This document shows positions 12,539 to 25,731 of a DNA stretch of 64,000 nt, piece by piece; positions within the stretch are counted from its first letter, which is position 1, and the number at the start of each line of letters is the position of its first letter. This DNA is from Octopus vulgaris. Its lineage: Eukaryota. A model generated the notes under the pieces. The model did no database searches and was not told the origin of the DNA. It saw nothing but the letters and a program-made list of their open reading frames with translations. The position numbers and the translations under genes are program-made. The DNA is taken from the NCBI GenBank assembly GCA_951406725.2, contig OX597816.1, forward strand, positions 6,448,001 through 6,512,000. Reading direction: 5' to 3'.

Positions 12539-13052
12539 TTTAACAGGACTGACAAGGGATTCATTGCCAGTACAAACAGCATTATAGATAAACTATCAAT
12601 CTGGAATATGTCTATTGATAGCTTAATTCTGTTTACAACAATAAGGGGTTGCTTTAGTAGTTGTCAGTGATAGCTGTTTGGACCATATTGTGGTCAGCCT
12701 TTCAATGGCATTCAGCATATATTTCTTTACTACCCACAAGGGGCTAAACACAGAGAGGACAAACAAGGACAGACAAACGGATTAAGTCGATTACATCGAC
12801 CCCAATGCATAACCGATACTTATTTAATTGACCCCGAAAGGATGAAAGGCAAAGTCGACCTCGGCGGAATTTGAACTCAGAACGTAACGGCAGACGAAAT
12901 ACCGCCAAGCATTTCGCCCAGCGCGTTAACGTTTCCGCCAGCTCGCCGCCTTATATGGCATTCAGTATACCAGCAGCTGACACTTTGGCAACGTGCAGTG
13001 ACTGTATCACCCATGAGTGAGGTACAGAGTCGACTACTGCCTTGTAGCCTAG
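12538..13052 (-). mobile_element. R4/Dong-like (REL-endonuclease) LINE reverse-transcriptase fragment, interrupted by SINE-B
   Basis: Minus strand YKAVVDSVPHSWVIQSL...IFQIDSLSIMLFVLAMNPLS, compared with DYxKAFDSVPHSW and GIFQGDSLSPLLF..A.NPLS. Confidence 0.7.
12720..12953 (-). mobile_element. SINE family B (B1) monomer
   Basis: Full length; TSD ATGGCATTCAG(C/T)ATA at ~12705 and ~12956. Confidence 0.9.
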
Positions 13053-13082
13053 CCATATCATGTATGTCTGTATATGCATATG

Positions 13083-13146
<64 letters not shown>

Positions 13147-13527
13147 ACATAATTATTGCTTTAATTTGATATATTTGTTACCATCCTTGACACCAAAGTC
13201 AGGAACACTGAAGCGAGTTTGCAAGTTTTTTTCCGATTAATGTGCAGACATCGTCTTCGCTTTCAGTCCACAGCTGGTGAAAGAGAATGAGTTTTGAGAT
13301 TCATAAAGTGCCAAAGCTACAATAGTAAATTCCACATACGCGCCCGTGCTTCCTTTGGTTGGCCTACAAAGAAGACGAAGAGGGAGAGAAAGACAGAACG
13401 AATATAAAGGAGAGCAGGAGCTTACAAATCATTCACTTTTTTTCACACACAGACATACACAGATATATAGACACACACGCTCACACACATTCACTCACTT
13501 ACACACACACATATATACACACACACA

Positions 13528-13916
13528 TGGGGGAAGCACTCCGTCGGTTACGACGATGAGGGTTCCGGTTGATCCGAATCAATGGAACAGCCTGCTCGTG
13601 AAATTAACGTGCAAGTGGCTGAGCACTCCACAGACACGTGTACCCTTAACGTAGTTCTCGGGGAGATTCAGCGTGACACAGAGAGTGACAAGGCCGGCCC
13701 TTTGAAATACAGGTACAACAGAAACAGGAAGTAAGAGTGAGAGAAAGTTGTGGTGAAAGAGTACAGCAGGGATCACTACCATCCCCTGCCGGAGCCTCGT
13801 GTATCTTTTAGGTGTTTTCGCTCAATAAACACTCACAACGCCCGGTCTGGGAATCGAAACAACGATCCTATGACCGCGAGTCCGCTGCCCTAACCACTGG
13901 GCCATTGCGCCTCCAC
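13528..13916 (-). mobile_element. tRNA-derived SINE family C (C head + C tail), in (CA)n
   Basis: GGAGGCGCAATGGCCCAGTGGTTAGGGCAGCGGACTCGCGGTC...GTTTCGATTCCC tRNA-like head; tail shared with 35731-35910. Confidence 0.85.
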
Positions 13917-14139
13917 ACACACACAAAAACAAGGCACCAGAGTAGCAAGTAGTTAGCCTTTCACTCTTTATATTCCATCTAACCTAAGGAGACGAGGTAG
14001 CAGGAAGCACATCACAACACAATACGAGGAATTATCAAAAATTTACAGAACCAAGACCAGAGTCACATTTACATGTCAGGAGTACGGTCCTCTGTTGCAG
14101 GTTGTAATTTTAGGTACTAATTGCTTTCTTAATTATCCA

Positions 14140-14530
14140 GCTTTCACTTCCATGTATCAATCTGCTGTCCACACAAATCTAAAAACTGTATTTTGAGTTC
14201 ATTAGACAGATTCGTTTCCCGTTCTGTGGACATCTTGCTCATTACTGACCATACCAATTCGATTCTTACTTCAATATTTCTCTTTGAACTTTCTATCCAT
14301 AATCCCAGATATTTGAAGTAATTTACACATTCCATGTTGGCATTCTTTGATTATTTAAAGTCTTCGTTTGGTTAATTGAAAATCTATAAACACATTCTTA
14401 CTGCCATCATTGACGACATGAAGTTGTGTCTAGTTCACCGTCTCCTCCTCAAATTCCTTGATAGTATTTGAAGTAAGAGCTCTATCGTCTGTACGATTTG
14501 TACCAGTAATTATAGTGGCAGGATATTGTC
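14140..14530 (-). mobile_element. RTE-clade LINE RT fragment
   Basis: ORF ECVNYFKYLGLWIESSKRNIEVRIELVWSVMSKM matches the RTE FKYLG..I...DI..R...AW motif; upstream DDRALTSNTI resembles FADDIALLS. Confidence 0.65.
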
Positions 14531-14534
14531 TGAT

Positions 14535-14947
14535 TTACTCTTTTACTCTTTTACCTGTTTCAGTCAAGTGACTGTGGCCATGCTGGAGCACCGCCTTTAG
14601 TCGAGCAAATCGACCCCATGACTTATTCTTTGTAAGCCTATTACTTATTCTATTGGTCTTTTGCCGAACCGCTAAGTTACGGGTGCGTAAACACACCAGC
14701 ATCGGTTGTCAAGCGATGTTGGGGGAGCAAACAGACACACAAACATATACACACACAATTATACATAAATATATATATATGCATATATACGACGGGCTTC
14801 TTTCAGTTTCCGTCTACCAAATCCACTAACAAGGCTTTGGTCTGCCCGAGGCTATAGTAGAAGACACTTGGCCAAGGTGCCACGCAGTGGGACTGAACCC
14901 GGAACCCTGTGGTTCGTAAGCAAGCTACTTACCACACAGCCACTCCG
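14535..14947 (-). mobile_element. SINE family A
   Basis: Reverse complement copy of 16-418. Confidence 0.9.
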
Positions 14948-15144
14948 ATGAAGAATTATTAGGAAATATGTTCCTTGTTCATTGTATTCTTAGACTGCAT
15001 ATTACCACTTAGAGTTGAATGCTATAAATCATTGCCTACGGATCTCTACAAATTCTGCTGTTCATCAGGTTATCCCCATCTTTCACAATACTCTGTCAAT
15101 AATTTAAGTTGGAATTTTGAGAAAAGGTTAAACAGCTATGGAAT

Positions 15145-15665
15145 ATTGGTTTTAAATTTTAGCACAAGGCCAGGATTTTTCGGGGGAGGGTGTAAGTCGA
15201 TTTCATCGACCCCAGAGTTTAACTATTACTTATTTTATCGGCCCCGAAATGATGAAAGCAGATCTCGGTGAAATTTGAACTCAGAACATAAAGAAGGACG
15301 AAATACCTATTTCTTTACTACCCACAAGGGGCTAAACGCAGGGAGGACAAACAAAGACAGACAAACGGATTAAGTCGATTATATCGACCCCAGTGCGTAA
15401 CTGATACTTATTTAATCGACCCCGAAAGGATGAAAGGCAAATTCGACCTCGACGGATATTTCTTTACTACCCACAAGGGGCTAAACACAGAGGGGACAAA
15501 CAAGGACAGACAAACGGATTAAGTCGATTATATCGACACCAGTGCGTAACTGGTACTTATTTAATCGACCCCGAAAGTACGAAAGGCAAAGTCGACCTCG
15601 GCGGAATTTGAACTCAGAACGTAACGGCAGACGAAATACGGCTAAGCATTTTTCCCGGATTCTGC
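15145..15665 (-). mobile_element. Mixed SINE-B multimer: head + B1 unit + partial B1 unit + older B2-tailed unit
   Basis: Junction GAAATACC|TATTTC at ~15300-15314; the distal unit carries the TTTTAGCACAAGGCCAG (B2) tail and is more diverged. Confidence 0.85.
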
Positions 15666-15729
15666 TATGAAATATTACGAATAATTTGATGTAGAAACAA
15701 GCACTTTACCAAATAGCTGTTTTGGTTTA

Positions 15730-16038
15730 CATTGGCATCTGTAACCTCCTAAAGCAGAACTGGTAGATCTTGGCGTCTGCAACCTCTAGAATTTTGAAGT
15801 ACATAGCGATATGTCTAAAACGGAATCGGTAAATCTTGGTGCCTATAACTTCTAGAATATTGAGGTACGTAGCGGCATATCTTAGAACAGGATAGGTAGA
15901 TCTTGGTATCTGCAACCTCCAGAATATTGAGATACATATCGACGTATCTCAGAATGGAATTGGTCGATCTTGGTATCTGCAACCTTCAGAATATTGAGGT
16001 ATATAGCGACATATCTTAGAACGGAAGGGTAAATTTTT
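15730..16038. repeat. Minisatellite, ~4.5 units of 66-67 bp
   Basis: GGT(A/C)(G/A)ATCTTGG recurs at ~15762, 15828, 15895, 15962. Confidence 0.85.
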
Positions 16039-16104
16039 CAAAATCTATATTTCATATTCTTGCACAACTCGCCATATCTCCTCACCCTCCCTTTATTTCT
16101 CTCG

Positions 16105-16149
<45 letters not shown>

Positions 16150-16178
16150 TCTCTCTCTCTCTCTCCCTCTCTCACACA

Positions 16179-16221
<43 letters not shown>

Positions 16222-16850
16222 CTACATTGTAAATCAGCAGTGGAGCCGGATGACAAATTGCCCAATTTGAAGTAGTTAACCTGTATTAACGCTCGATCCA
16301 CAAGATTAATGGATTACACGCTATATTCGATAAATTATTCTATATCAGGCATTCTGCATAAATTCATAATTATTTTAATATATTTTATTAATCTGTTAGA
16401 ATCTTGATAATTCCATTTCTATTGTATTCCTCTGAATAATTAGCTGCTTTATATAGCGTGTTTCTTCCTAACTACATTTCTTTTACCGCATTTACCGATA
16501 ATTTTATTTCTAAATATTTTATTTGTTTCTGATCAAATTTTCAAAAATTTCTATACGGATAATAAAATTATCTATATTGTGTATTTATTAATAATAACAT
16601 TGTTGTTTTTTTATTGCCATTCTTTAATACATAGATTTTTATATAATATTTCTTGGTAATTAATTTATTGTATTTGTTAAGAATGATATTTTTCCAAAGT
16701 TGATTTGTTTTATTTACAGATAATTATATCCCGACTCGTATTTGTTGATAAAATACTTCTCCCTGTTCTCGTTATAAATACAATCATGGCATTCCCTAGA
16801 TTTGCAGGAACATTATTCCAACTTTTGTTTCGCTATAATTTTTGTTTCGC

Positions 16851-16851
<1 letters not shown>

Positions 16852-16888
<37 letters not shown>

Positions 16889-16926
16889 GAGTTGTTGTTA
16901 TAATCGCCATCATCATCGTTGTCGTC

Positions 16927-16990
<64 letters not shown>

Positions 16991-17012
16991 AATATTATTA
17001 TTATTATTATCA

Positions 17013-17043
<31 letters not shown>

Positions 17044-17141
17044 CATCATTATTATTATTATTATTACCATTATTATTATTATTATTATCATTATTATTAT
17101 TATTATTATTATTATCATCATCATTATTATTATTATTATTA

Positions 17142-17190
<49 letters not shown>

Positions 17191-17308
17191 CATTATTATT
17201 GAGAGAGCAGTGCATGCCATCAAAGTGACACTGGCGTAAAATATACAAAACCCAGTATACCCATCATTATTATTATTATTATTATCATCATTATTATTAT
17301 TATTATTA

Positions 17309-17339
<31 letters not shown>

Positions 17340-17404
17340 CATTATTATTATCATCATCATTATTATTATTATTATTATTATTATCATTATTATTATTATT
17401 ATTA

Positions 17405-17444
<40 letters not shown>

Positions 17445-17560
17445 CATTATTATTATCATCATCATTATTATTATTATTATTATTATTATCATTATTATTA
17501 TTATTATCATTATTGCCATTATTATTATTATTATTATTGCCATTATTATTATTATTATTG
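16852..17560. repeat. (ATT/ATC)n microsatellite containing a 65-bp element fragment at 17201-17265
   Basis: Direct inspection; the fragment matches the 3' end of 20447-20985. Confidence 0.9.
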
Positions 17561-17759
17561 ATGCATACCCTAATATAATCAATGTTTTGTGGAATCTTCA
17601 CAGAGAATATTTGTTCGAGTTTTGTCTGTTTTATATTCTTTTTCCTTTGTTTTGTTCTGTTTTGCTTTGACTTATTAAAATTATTTGTTGTTAATAAAAC
17701 CAACATAACAATTAGATAACTAAAGTATGTAATTTGTTTTAATGGTTTACTTCAGTGGA

Positions 17760-18035
<276 letters not shown>

Positions 18036-18067
18036 TACGTATGTATACATTACATTATATATACAAA

Positions 18068-18555
18068 TGCGGCTGTGTGGTAAGAAGTTTGCTTCCCAAC
18101 CATATGGTTCCGTGTTCAATCCCACTGTGGCGCCTTGGGTATGTTACTTCCACTATAGCCTCGAGTCGATTAAAGCCTTGTAAGTGGATTCGGTAGACGG
18201 AAACTGTAAGAAGCCCGTCGCATATAAGTGTGTGTATGTGTGTATATGTGTTTGTGTGTGTGTGTCTGCATGTGTGTGTGCATGTGTGTTTGCGTGTGCA
18301 TGTGTGTGTATGTCCGTGTGTGTGCATGTATGTGTGTGTGTCTGCGTTTCCCCACCACCACCACCAGTACTTGACAAACAGTATCAACGTACTTGCGTTC
18401 CCATAACTTAGCGGTTCGGTAAAAGGGATAGACAGAATAAGTACCAGGTTGAAATCAAGTACTAGGATCGTCGATTCAGTCCACTAAAAATTCTTGAAAG
18501 CGGTGCCCCAGCATGGCCGCAGTCTAATGACTGAAACAAGTAATAGATAACAGAT
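18068..18555 (+). mobile_element. SINE family A, diverged
   Basis: Head, GGATTCGGTAGACGGAAACTG body and CAGCATGGCCGCAGTC tail all present. Confidence 0.8.
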
Positions 18556-18819
18556 GCGTTTGTGTGTGTGTGTGTATGTGTGTATGTGTGTGGATATAAA
18601 TGTGTATGCATCTATGTACGTGTGTGTAAATTTTCTCCACTCACATGCGCAAGGATGGTTATGTGTTGTGTAGTTTTCTTCGGCACCATGTAGTCCGTTT
18701 CGATCTCTTTGTTCGACGCACTAGACAAAAGCATTCTTATATTGTATTATTCAATAATTTATGACTGACAATTTTCAGAGAGATCCCTTTCAGCGGGCAG
18801 TTACATGTGTGTGTATGTG

Positions 18820-19100
18820 TCTCGGGCCGACCAAAGCCTTGTGACTGGATTTGGTAGGCGGAAACTGAAAGAATCCTGTTGTGTATATATATATATATTT
18901 GTGTGTCTGCTTCTCCCTCCACCATCACTTGACAACTGATATTGGTGTGTTTACGTCCTCGTAACTTAGTGGTTCGGCAAAAGGGACCGATAGAATAAGT
19001 ACTAGGCTTACAAAGAATAAGTCCTGGCGTCTATTTGTTCCACTAAAGGTGGCGCTCCAGCATGGCCGCAGTCAAATGACTGAAACAAAAGAATTAAAGA
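18820..19100 (+). mobile_element. SINE family A, 5'-truncated
   Basis: Begins at CTCGGGCCGACCAAAGCC and continues to the tail. Confidence 0.8.
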
Positions 19101-19112
19101 ATATATACGTGC

Positions 19113-19165
<53 letters not shown>

Positions 19166-19869
19166 GGTGTGCGTGTGTGTGTGGTGGGGGTTGTGTGAGC
19201 ACGTTGACAGTCTCTGTCTACTAAATTCATTTTCGAGGCAGTAATTGGTGCAGAACTATAGTGGGAGACATTCGCCCAAGGTGACGTGTGTACTGGAATT
19301 GAACACGAAATCATGCAGTTTCGAAGCGCTTTTATTTTTAAGTTGGATGTTTTTGTTTTTGCCTTTTTTTTTTTTAATTAGACAAATAACACAAAACGAT
19401 CAAAATTTCTCGTTTGAAACTACCATTATCGTTCATCGTATTTCTAAACTGCAAATATAAATGGTTTCTTTGTGAAAATAATGGTCTCTCATAGATAATT
19501 GAATTCCCAAAATAAATACCATTCTTTAAAATATTATGAAACAACTTTATTTTTTTCAGAAATATAGAACTGGTTTTTAAATGAATTGGAAAAATTCTCA
19601 GAAATTACGGAATTAGTCAATTATAGCTTACATAAGATTCAGTAGATAGAATAAAGACTATTTCGCAAGGTATCTTTGGCTTTCCAAAGAATTCAACCGA
19701 TCGGAATCGAATAAGTCTTTCAGTGCTTCGGTTTGTTTTCACTATTTATTGCGCTGTCTTCTTAAATTTCCTGGTTAAAAATTCATTTATATTTTATATA
19801 AATAAAAACTATAATTTTCTTAAACATTACTTTTAAATAATTTTCCGAGTCATTCTTTCAGAATAATAA

Positions 19870-20075
19870 TGGCATTTCAATTTCCTGGTTTCCTTCAAAT
19901 CTTCCCCGTTTTATTATCAGAATAGCGCACTTTTTAAACCCGAATTCCATTCCTATATTATTTAACAAAGTGCGAACAGTGTGTACAAGATTTTGTGGCT
20001 GCCTCTCATTTTCCCCATAAAGCTTTAAATCAACCATGAGTAGATGATGATTTATTTGACCATATCCATTTCCCA

Positions 20076-20076
<1 letters not shown>
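19870..20076 (-). mobile_element. R4/Dong-like LINE RT fragment (catalytic region)
   Basis: INHHLLMVDLKLYG...NNIGMEFGFKKCA, compared with INHLLYMDDLKLY..DIGMEFGL.KCA. Confidence 0.8.
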
Positions 20077-20160
<84 letters not shown>

Positions 20161-20177
20161 TAATAATAATAATAAAA

Positions 20178-20388
20178 AAATATTCAGACAAATACATAAC
20201 AAAAACACCAGGACTTACAAACACATATAACATACAGAAAATTGCACTACTAGGCACTGCACACATCCTACGCAGAACACTTTCCATACAATAACCATCA
20301 GAGCATCACAACAAATCACAGCACATACCCAAGGCACACAGAGCTGTGCTCGGTAGTGAAGTGAAAGCACGCTATAAAAATAAAACTA

Positions 20389-20445
<57 letters not shown>
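20178..20445 (+). mobile_element. R4/Dong-like LINE 3' end within a (TAA)n array
   Basis: PGLTNTYNIQKIALLGTAHILRRTLSIQ* (R4/Dong C-terminal QK..LLGTAHILR motif), short 3' UTR, (AAT)n on both sides. Confidence 0.8.
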
Positions 20446-20446
<1 letters not shown>

Positions 20447-20985
20447 TGCAGTACCAGGCAGTGGCTCTCATGGCTTCTCATCTTAACTGATTGGAAGTGT
20501 TATCATGTACATTGTTTTGTCTTGGTATAAAAGATGGCCTACAGCAGATATTCTGCTCAATACCACAGATTTGCTTGTCAGTTGTTTGATCTTAACCAGT
20601 TGAGCATGTCCCTTAGTGGCTGACGATATGTGCATCTCTGATCACGAACAGAAGTAGTGGGGGAGCATCATAGCCATGTGTTGAGAGGGATTCTGTTTGA
20701 ATAATTCACCTCTGGAAACATGGGTGGTTCTTTCAACATCCTTAAACAACCCTTATTCAGGGACCGTTTGAGCGGGATGGGCTACTCAACCTGAAGAAAA
20801 TTCTAACGGGCCCCACCTGCAAGGTCATGTGCTGTTTAATCTTGATATGAGATCACCATGTCGCGCACATATGGTTGTGATGCATGTGCCTGGTGTACCC
20901 TTATCAGACGGGTAGTCATGATGGGTATATTGGGCTTCGTATATTTTACCCCAGTGTCACTTTGATGGTATGAACTGCTCTCTCA
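20447..20985 (+). mobile_element. ~540-bp non-coding retroposon embedded in (TAA)n
   Basis: Flanked by AAT arrays; a second, 5'-truncated copy of its 3' end lies at 17201-17265 (minus), also in an ATT array. Confidence 0.6.
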
Positions 20986-21018
20986 CATAATAATAATAAC
21001 AATAATAATAATAATAAC

Positions 21019-21058
<40 letters not shown>

Positions 21059-21061
<3 letters not shown>

Positions 21062-21310
21062 GTTTCCTTCTCGAGCCATACCAGGCTCATTCAGGGCCAG
21101 TTTCCCGGTTTCAATGGCGTATGTGTTCCCCACCTGAACGGGACGCTGGTTCGTCGCAGGTTTATTCATTTTTGCCAGCTGAGTTGACTGGAGCAATGTG
21201 TAATGGAGTGTTTTGCTCAAGAACACAACGCGTCGCACGGTCCAGGAATCGAAACCACAATCTTATGACCATGAGTCTGACGCCCTAACCACTAAGCCAC
21301 GCGCCACCAC
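21059..21310 (-). mobile_element. tRNA/CORE SINE family D (D head + D tail)
   Basis: GGCGCGTGGCTTAGTGGTTAGGG...GTTTCGATTCC head; TGTGTTCTTGAGCAAAACACT...CAGCTGGCAAAAATGA CORE-like body; tail shared with ~36930-37025. Confidence 0.8.
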
Positions 21311-22002
21311 ACCCGTTTCCCAAACCATAAACTATTTTGACTTTCCGTAAATTTAGTCTGAACGACATTATGGCAATACAAATAATAAGGGAGATAGGCA
21401 ATCAGCTCGGGATATCCCAGGTCTGATGTTCACTTTCCAAAGTCATGTAGCTTAACGCTTCGGTTTCTTTTTCGAATTGCCATAAACGATGGCGACGTTA
21501 AAGGCCAAACAGAAAAGGTTGTTTCAATCGAGTAGAATATGGCTTTTTGAATGGAATAGAATGGGAACATCTGGAAGGGATTCCTGATGTGGAATAAAGT
21601 AAAATGTTTTGGGGAGAAAATTGGGACAGGTTAATGAGACATAAAGAATGCGCAGAGTGGCTAACACAGGTGGAGAGATAACATGCAATTGTACCAAAAC
21701 AAAAGGGCGTCAGAATTTATCTGTATTCAATGTAATTGAAGTTAAAATGCAGCAAATTGGAAAGGACCTGGCCCGGATGGTGTACAAAGGTATTGACTGA
21801 AGAATTCTACACAATTGCATAAAATGGTCACCTTTGTGGATGCCTGCAGCTGGGAACGTTCCTACATGGACGTCAAGTGGATAAATGTTGTTATGTCTCA
21901 AAGGCCTCTTGATGGGTAAGTTGGAATCAAGTTTTCGACTTATAACTTGTTTGCCGCTTATGTTGAAGCTTATGATGGGTGTCTAAGTGGAAACGTTATA
22001 CC

Positions 22003-22412
22003 TATTTCTTTACTCCCCACAAGGGGCTAAACACAGAGGGGACAAACAAGGACAGACAGACGGATTAAGTCGATTATATCAACCCCAGTGCGTAACTTGG
22101 TACTTATTTAATCGACCCCGAAAGGATGAAAGGCAAAGTCGACCTCGGCGGAATTTGAACTCAGAACGCAAAAGTTATACGTATTTCTTTACTGCCGAGA
22201 AGGGGCTAAACACAGAGGGGACAAACAAGGACAGACAGACGGATGAAGTCGATTATATCGACCCCAGTGCATAACTTGGTACTTATTTAATCGACCCCGA
22301 AAGGATGAAAGGCAAAGTCGACCTCGGTGGAATTTGAACTCAGAACGTAACGACAGACGAAATACCGCTAAGCATTTCTCCCGGCGTGCTAACGTAACAA
22401 CCAGCTCGTCGC
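22003..22412 (-). mobile_element. SINE-B (B1) dimer
   Basis: Two units; TSD-like TGGAAA(C/A)GTTAT(A/G)CC at 21988-22002 and 22413-22427, with a partial copy AAAAGTTATAC at the internal junction ~22170. Confidence 0.85.
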
Positions 22413-22578
22413 TGGAAAAGTTATGCCATCATCAGGAAAGTAAGAATTTCGTTCGAGTGGGAGAGAAGGGCTGCAGGAAGCAAAGAAGAGCAACTGGAGG
22501 TCAATTGTTTGTTGATAAAATATTATAATTAGAAATTACAGACACAGATTGACGGGACTGGGTGTGGCATGGATGCAT

Positions 22579-23094
22579 CATCATTCATCATTGTTCGACC
22601 GTGGTCGAGACAATGGAATTTATCATGCTACGCCAGACTTCACGGTCCATCATTACGGAGGTCCTGTTGCTGGATGCCTGTATCCCTGGAGATTACATCA
22701 GGGTAGGAGAGTGTGTGCCCTCTGGTATTACGAGTAGATGGCTTCCAGAGGAGAAGAGTAGAAATTACCTCGTTTTCAGCTCTACAACAAAGTCCAGCAA
22801 ACTGGACTCTTCTACCTTTCACAAGAGATGACACAGGTGGTAGTTTCCCATATATTTGCATTTTGGTTGGATGGTGCTTCCATGAGAGATTTTGAGCTCT
22901 CATAAGGAGGCGAGTGTAAGTTCCATCCAACCGCCTCTCAAGCTTCTTTGATAACGTCCAGGTTTCTGAGCCATAGAGTAGAATTGGTTCGACTGAAGCT
23001 TTGAAGATTTCAAGTTTGAAGTCTCTACTTAGATTTGATGACCAGATTTTATGCATGTCGTTACAGGCTGACCAGGCCATACCCTTTCTAGTTA
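22579..23094 (-). mobile_element. 5'-truncated RTE-clade LINE
   Basis: KGMAWSACNDMHKIWSSNLSRDFKLEIFKASVEPILLYGSETWTL...RRVQFAGLC...LLLWKP (RTE C-terminus); (GAT)-like tail; TSD GATGCAT at 22572-22578 and 23095-23101. Confidence 0.9.
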
Positions 23095-23979
23095 GATGCA
23101 TAACAAAACAGCAGATGACATGACGGTGCACAGTTGGGTAGTTAAAACAATGAACATGTTTTGCGCAGCAGAAAAACATCGAGAAAGTGTTTAATGAAAG
23201 TATGAAACCTTGGAATACTGAATTGATTGGAAGAAAACAAAGACTGGTGAAAGTGAACATCAGACGTGAAATATTTCAGGGTGATTGTCTATCGCCATCA
23301 CTACGTGTGGTCGCTCGCAGCCGCCGCATGGCTACAGCAAGATAAAGGAATAAAAGAATCAAAAAGTCTGTCTGTGCCTATATGTGTGTACATGTGTATG
23401 TCTGTGCCTGTATGTGTGTGCGTATGTGTATGTGTGAAGTGTGACAGGAGCATTCAGCCAACCAACCTATATGTCGGCTATTATTAAACAAAGATACGAT
23501 ATTTTTTTTCAAAATCTTTTTTCTCTTGTTTCTATTGTTCCCTATTGTTCTCGGTTATCTTCAAAATTGGTTCTTTTCAGAAAATATCTTTCCTCCTGAT
23601 ATTGTTCCCCCAAAAGATTGTTTTTCTACAAATTAAATCCTTTTAAATCTCTCCCAATCTTATCATTTTGTTTCATACTTAAGTCCGAACAATTGTTGGT
23701 TAATTATGCATTTCAATAAATATATATTTTTTCCCCTTATTGTAAAAGAAGAATCTTAATTGCAAATATATTTTTCAGATATGAATAGAAGCCATACAGG
23801 AAAATATTATTTTAAATCGATATAAATAATTCAGTATTGTTAATTATGAATTAGTTAAAATAAACAACATTTCAGATACAAGAGCAATCTGTTTGAGATG
23901 TTCTTTTCCCTTTGATTTCGTAAGTTTTCTTTGTCCTTATATTTTAGAAGGACATTGAAATATTGTAATCTAAGGTGTG

Positions 23980-24003
23980 TATACGTATGTATATATACAT
24001 ATA

Positions 24004-24070
<67 letters not shown>

Positions 24071-24427
24071 TACATATGTATATATACATACATATGTATA
24101 TATACATATATATATACATACATACATATATATGTATGTATATATACATACATATGTATATATGTATATATATATGCATGCATATATATATACGTCTGTA
24201 CGTATGTTTGTATGCATATATATGTATGTATATATGCGTATATATATACACGTATATATATACATATATACAACTTGTGACATATGTATCTATGTATAAA
24301 GATAGAGATAGATAGATATATATGATAGGTACATACATACATACGCAGGCATATAAGTATATATATTTGTATATATGTATGTATATATATATACATAATT
24401 TTGTATACATATACATATATATGTATG

Positions 24428-24468
<41 letters not shown>

Positions 24469-24538
24469 ATATATATGTATAGTTATCAATAAATATATAT
24501 ATATATATAAATTTATATATATATATATATATGTATAT

Positions 24539-24578
<40 letters not shown>

Positions 24579-24590
24579 GTATATATATAT
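23980..24590. repeat. Degenerate (TA/TACA)n microsatellite
   Basis: Direct inspection. Confidence 0.95.
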
Positions 24591-25233
24591 CAATTTGATA
24601 AAGAGTTATTGAATACGTCTAGACATATCAAAAGTGAAATACACCAAGTATGGTGGTCAGACAAAATGACACAAATCAAGTGGAAATCAATCAACTGAAA
24701 TAGCGAAGGAGTCATCAGTGAAGTGAGGTTTATTGCTGTTTTGGTATTCCGTAAATGCGGGAACATCCAAATTTAAATGAAACCTTGACCATAGCATACT
24801 ACAATAAATAGAACAAACGAATGGATTTTATGGTGTCTCGACAGTTTTCTCGTTGCGAAATTTTCTTGTGACAAAAATATCATAACGTAACACTTGTAAT
24901 GATTCTGTTTTTATACTCACTTATACGAGGGACACACCTATTGATTGTTTCAATCACGTTACCTCAAGTTTGTTTTGTTTTAAGAACCTTCTGAACCTTT
25001 TTCTGGTACTTTTCGGTGTTTCTTAAAAAGACGATTCTATTTTAATGCTTCTTGATATAATAGACAAGCAGTGCTAACAATATCTGTATATCATAAAAGC
25101 AAAGAAGTATTCGTTGTTAAAACAAGTTTTGTACACAGTTTGGTGAAACCCGGTTACTATTCATTCTTAAGAATATATCCTTATGACAAATCCAGACTGG
25201 ACTTAGTGCATATTGAACTTTCCTTGCATAATC

Positions 25234-25306
<73 letters not shown>

Positions 25307-25639
25307 ACATCATCAGCCAGTGTTTTAAATCTGGATTTTGTCCCCTTTAACGGTGATTGCCGGATCTACCTCAGTGCCATAGCAACCGATATAGGCAGGT
25401 GCAGCCCACCCCAACTTTTGGGCTGACTGGTACCCATTCTCCTTTGATATCATGAGGCTTTTTTGGAGCTGGATTTTCTACGAGGAGAATGATCTTGCTT
25501 ACTCCCAACCTCACTTTCTAGACATAAATGATTCCGAGACCAAGGCCTCTACCACGATTATTAAGAAATGTGGTGGAAAACTAGCTCCGGAAGGTAGGGA
25601 CGCTACTCTTTGAAACTCCTTTTGGAACCCATCCAATTT

Positions 25640-25731
<92 letters not shown>

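Larger units (their letters stand above)
21480..23315 (+). mobile_element. Decayed R4/Dong-like LINE (RT region) with nested SINE-B and RTE insertions
   Basis: Motifs NWKGPGPDGVQ(G)Y, FRLITCLPLM.KLM, KGCRKQRRATGGQLFVDK, LGVAW, IRREIFQGDCLSP occur in the expected order. Confidence 0.8.

Noticed and set aside
13840-13916. tRNA gene (also the heads at 21240-21310 and 36728-36800)
   Set aside because: A and B boxes are present, but the acceptor stem is not closed and each continues into a SINE body
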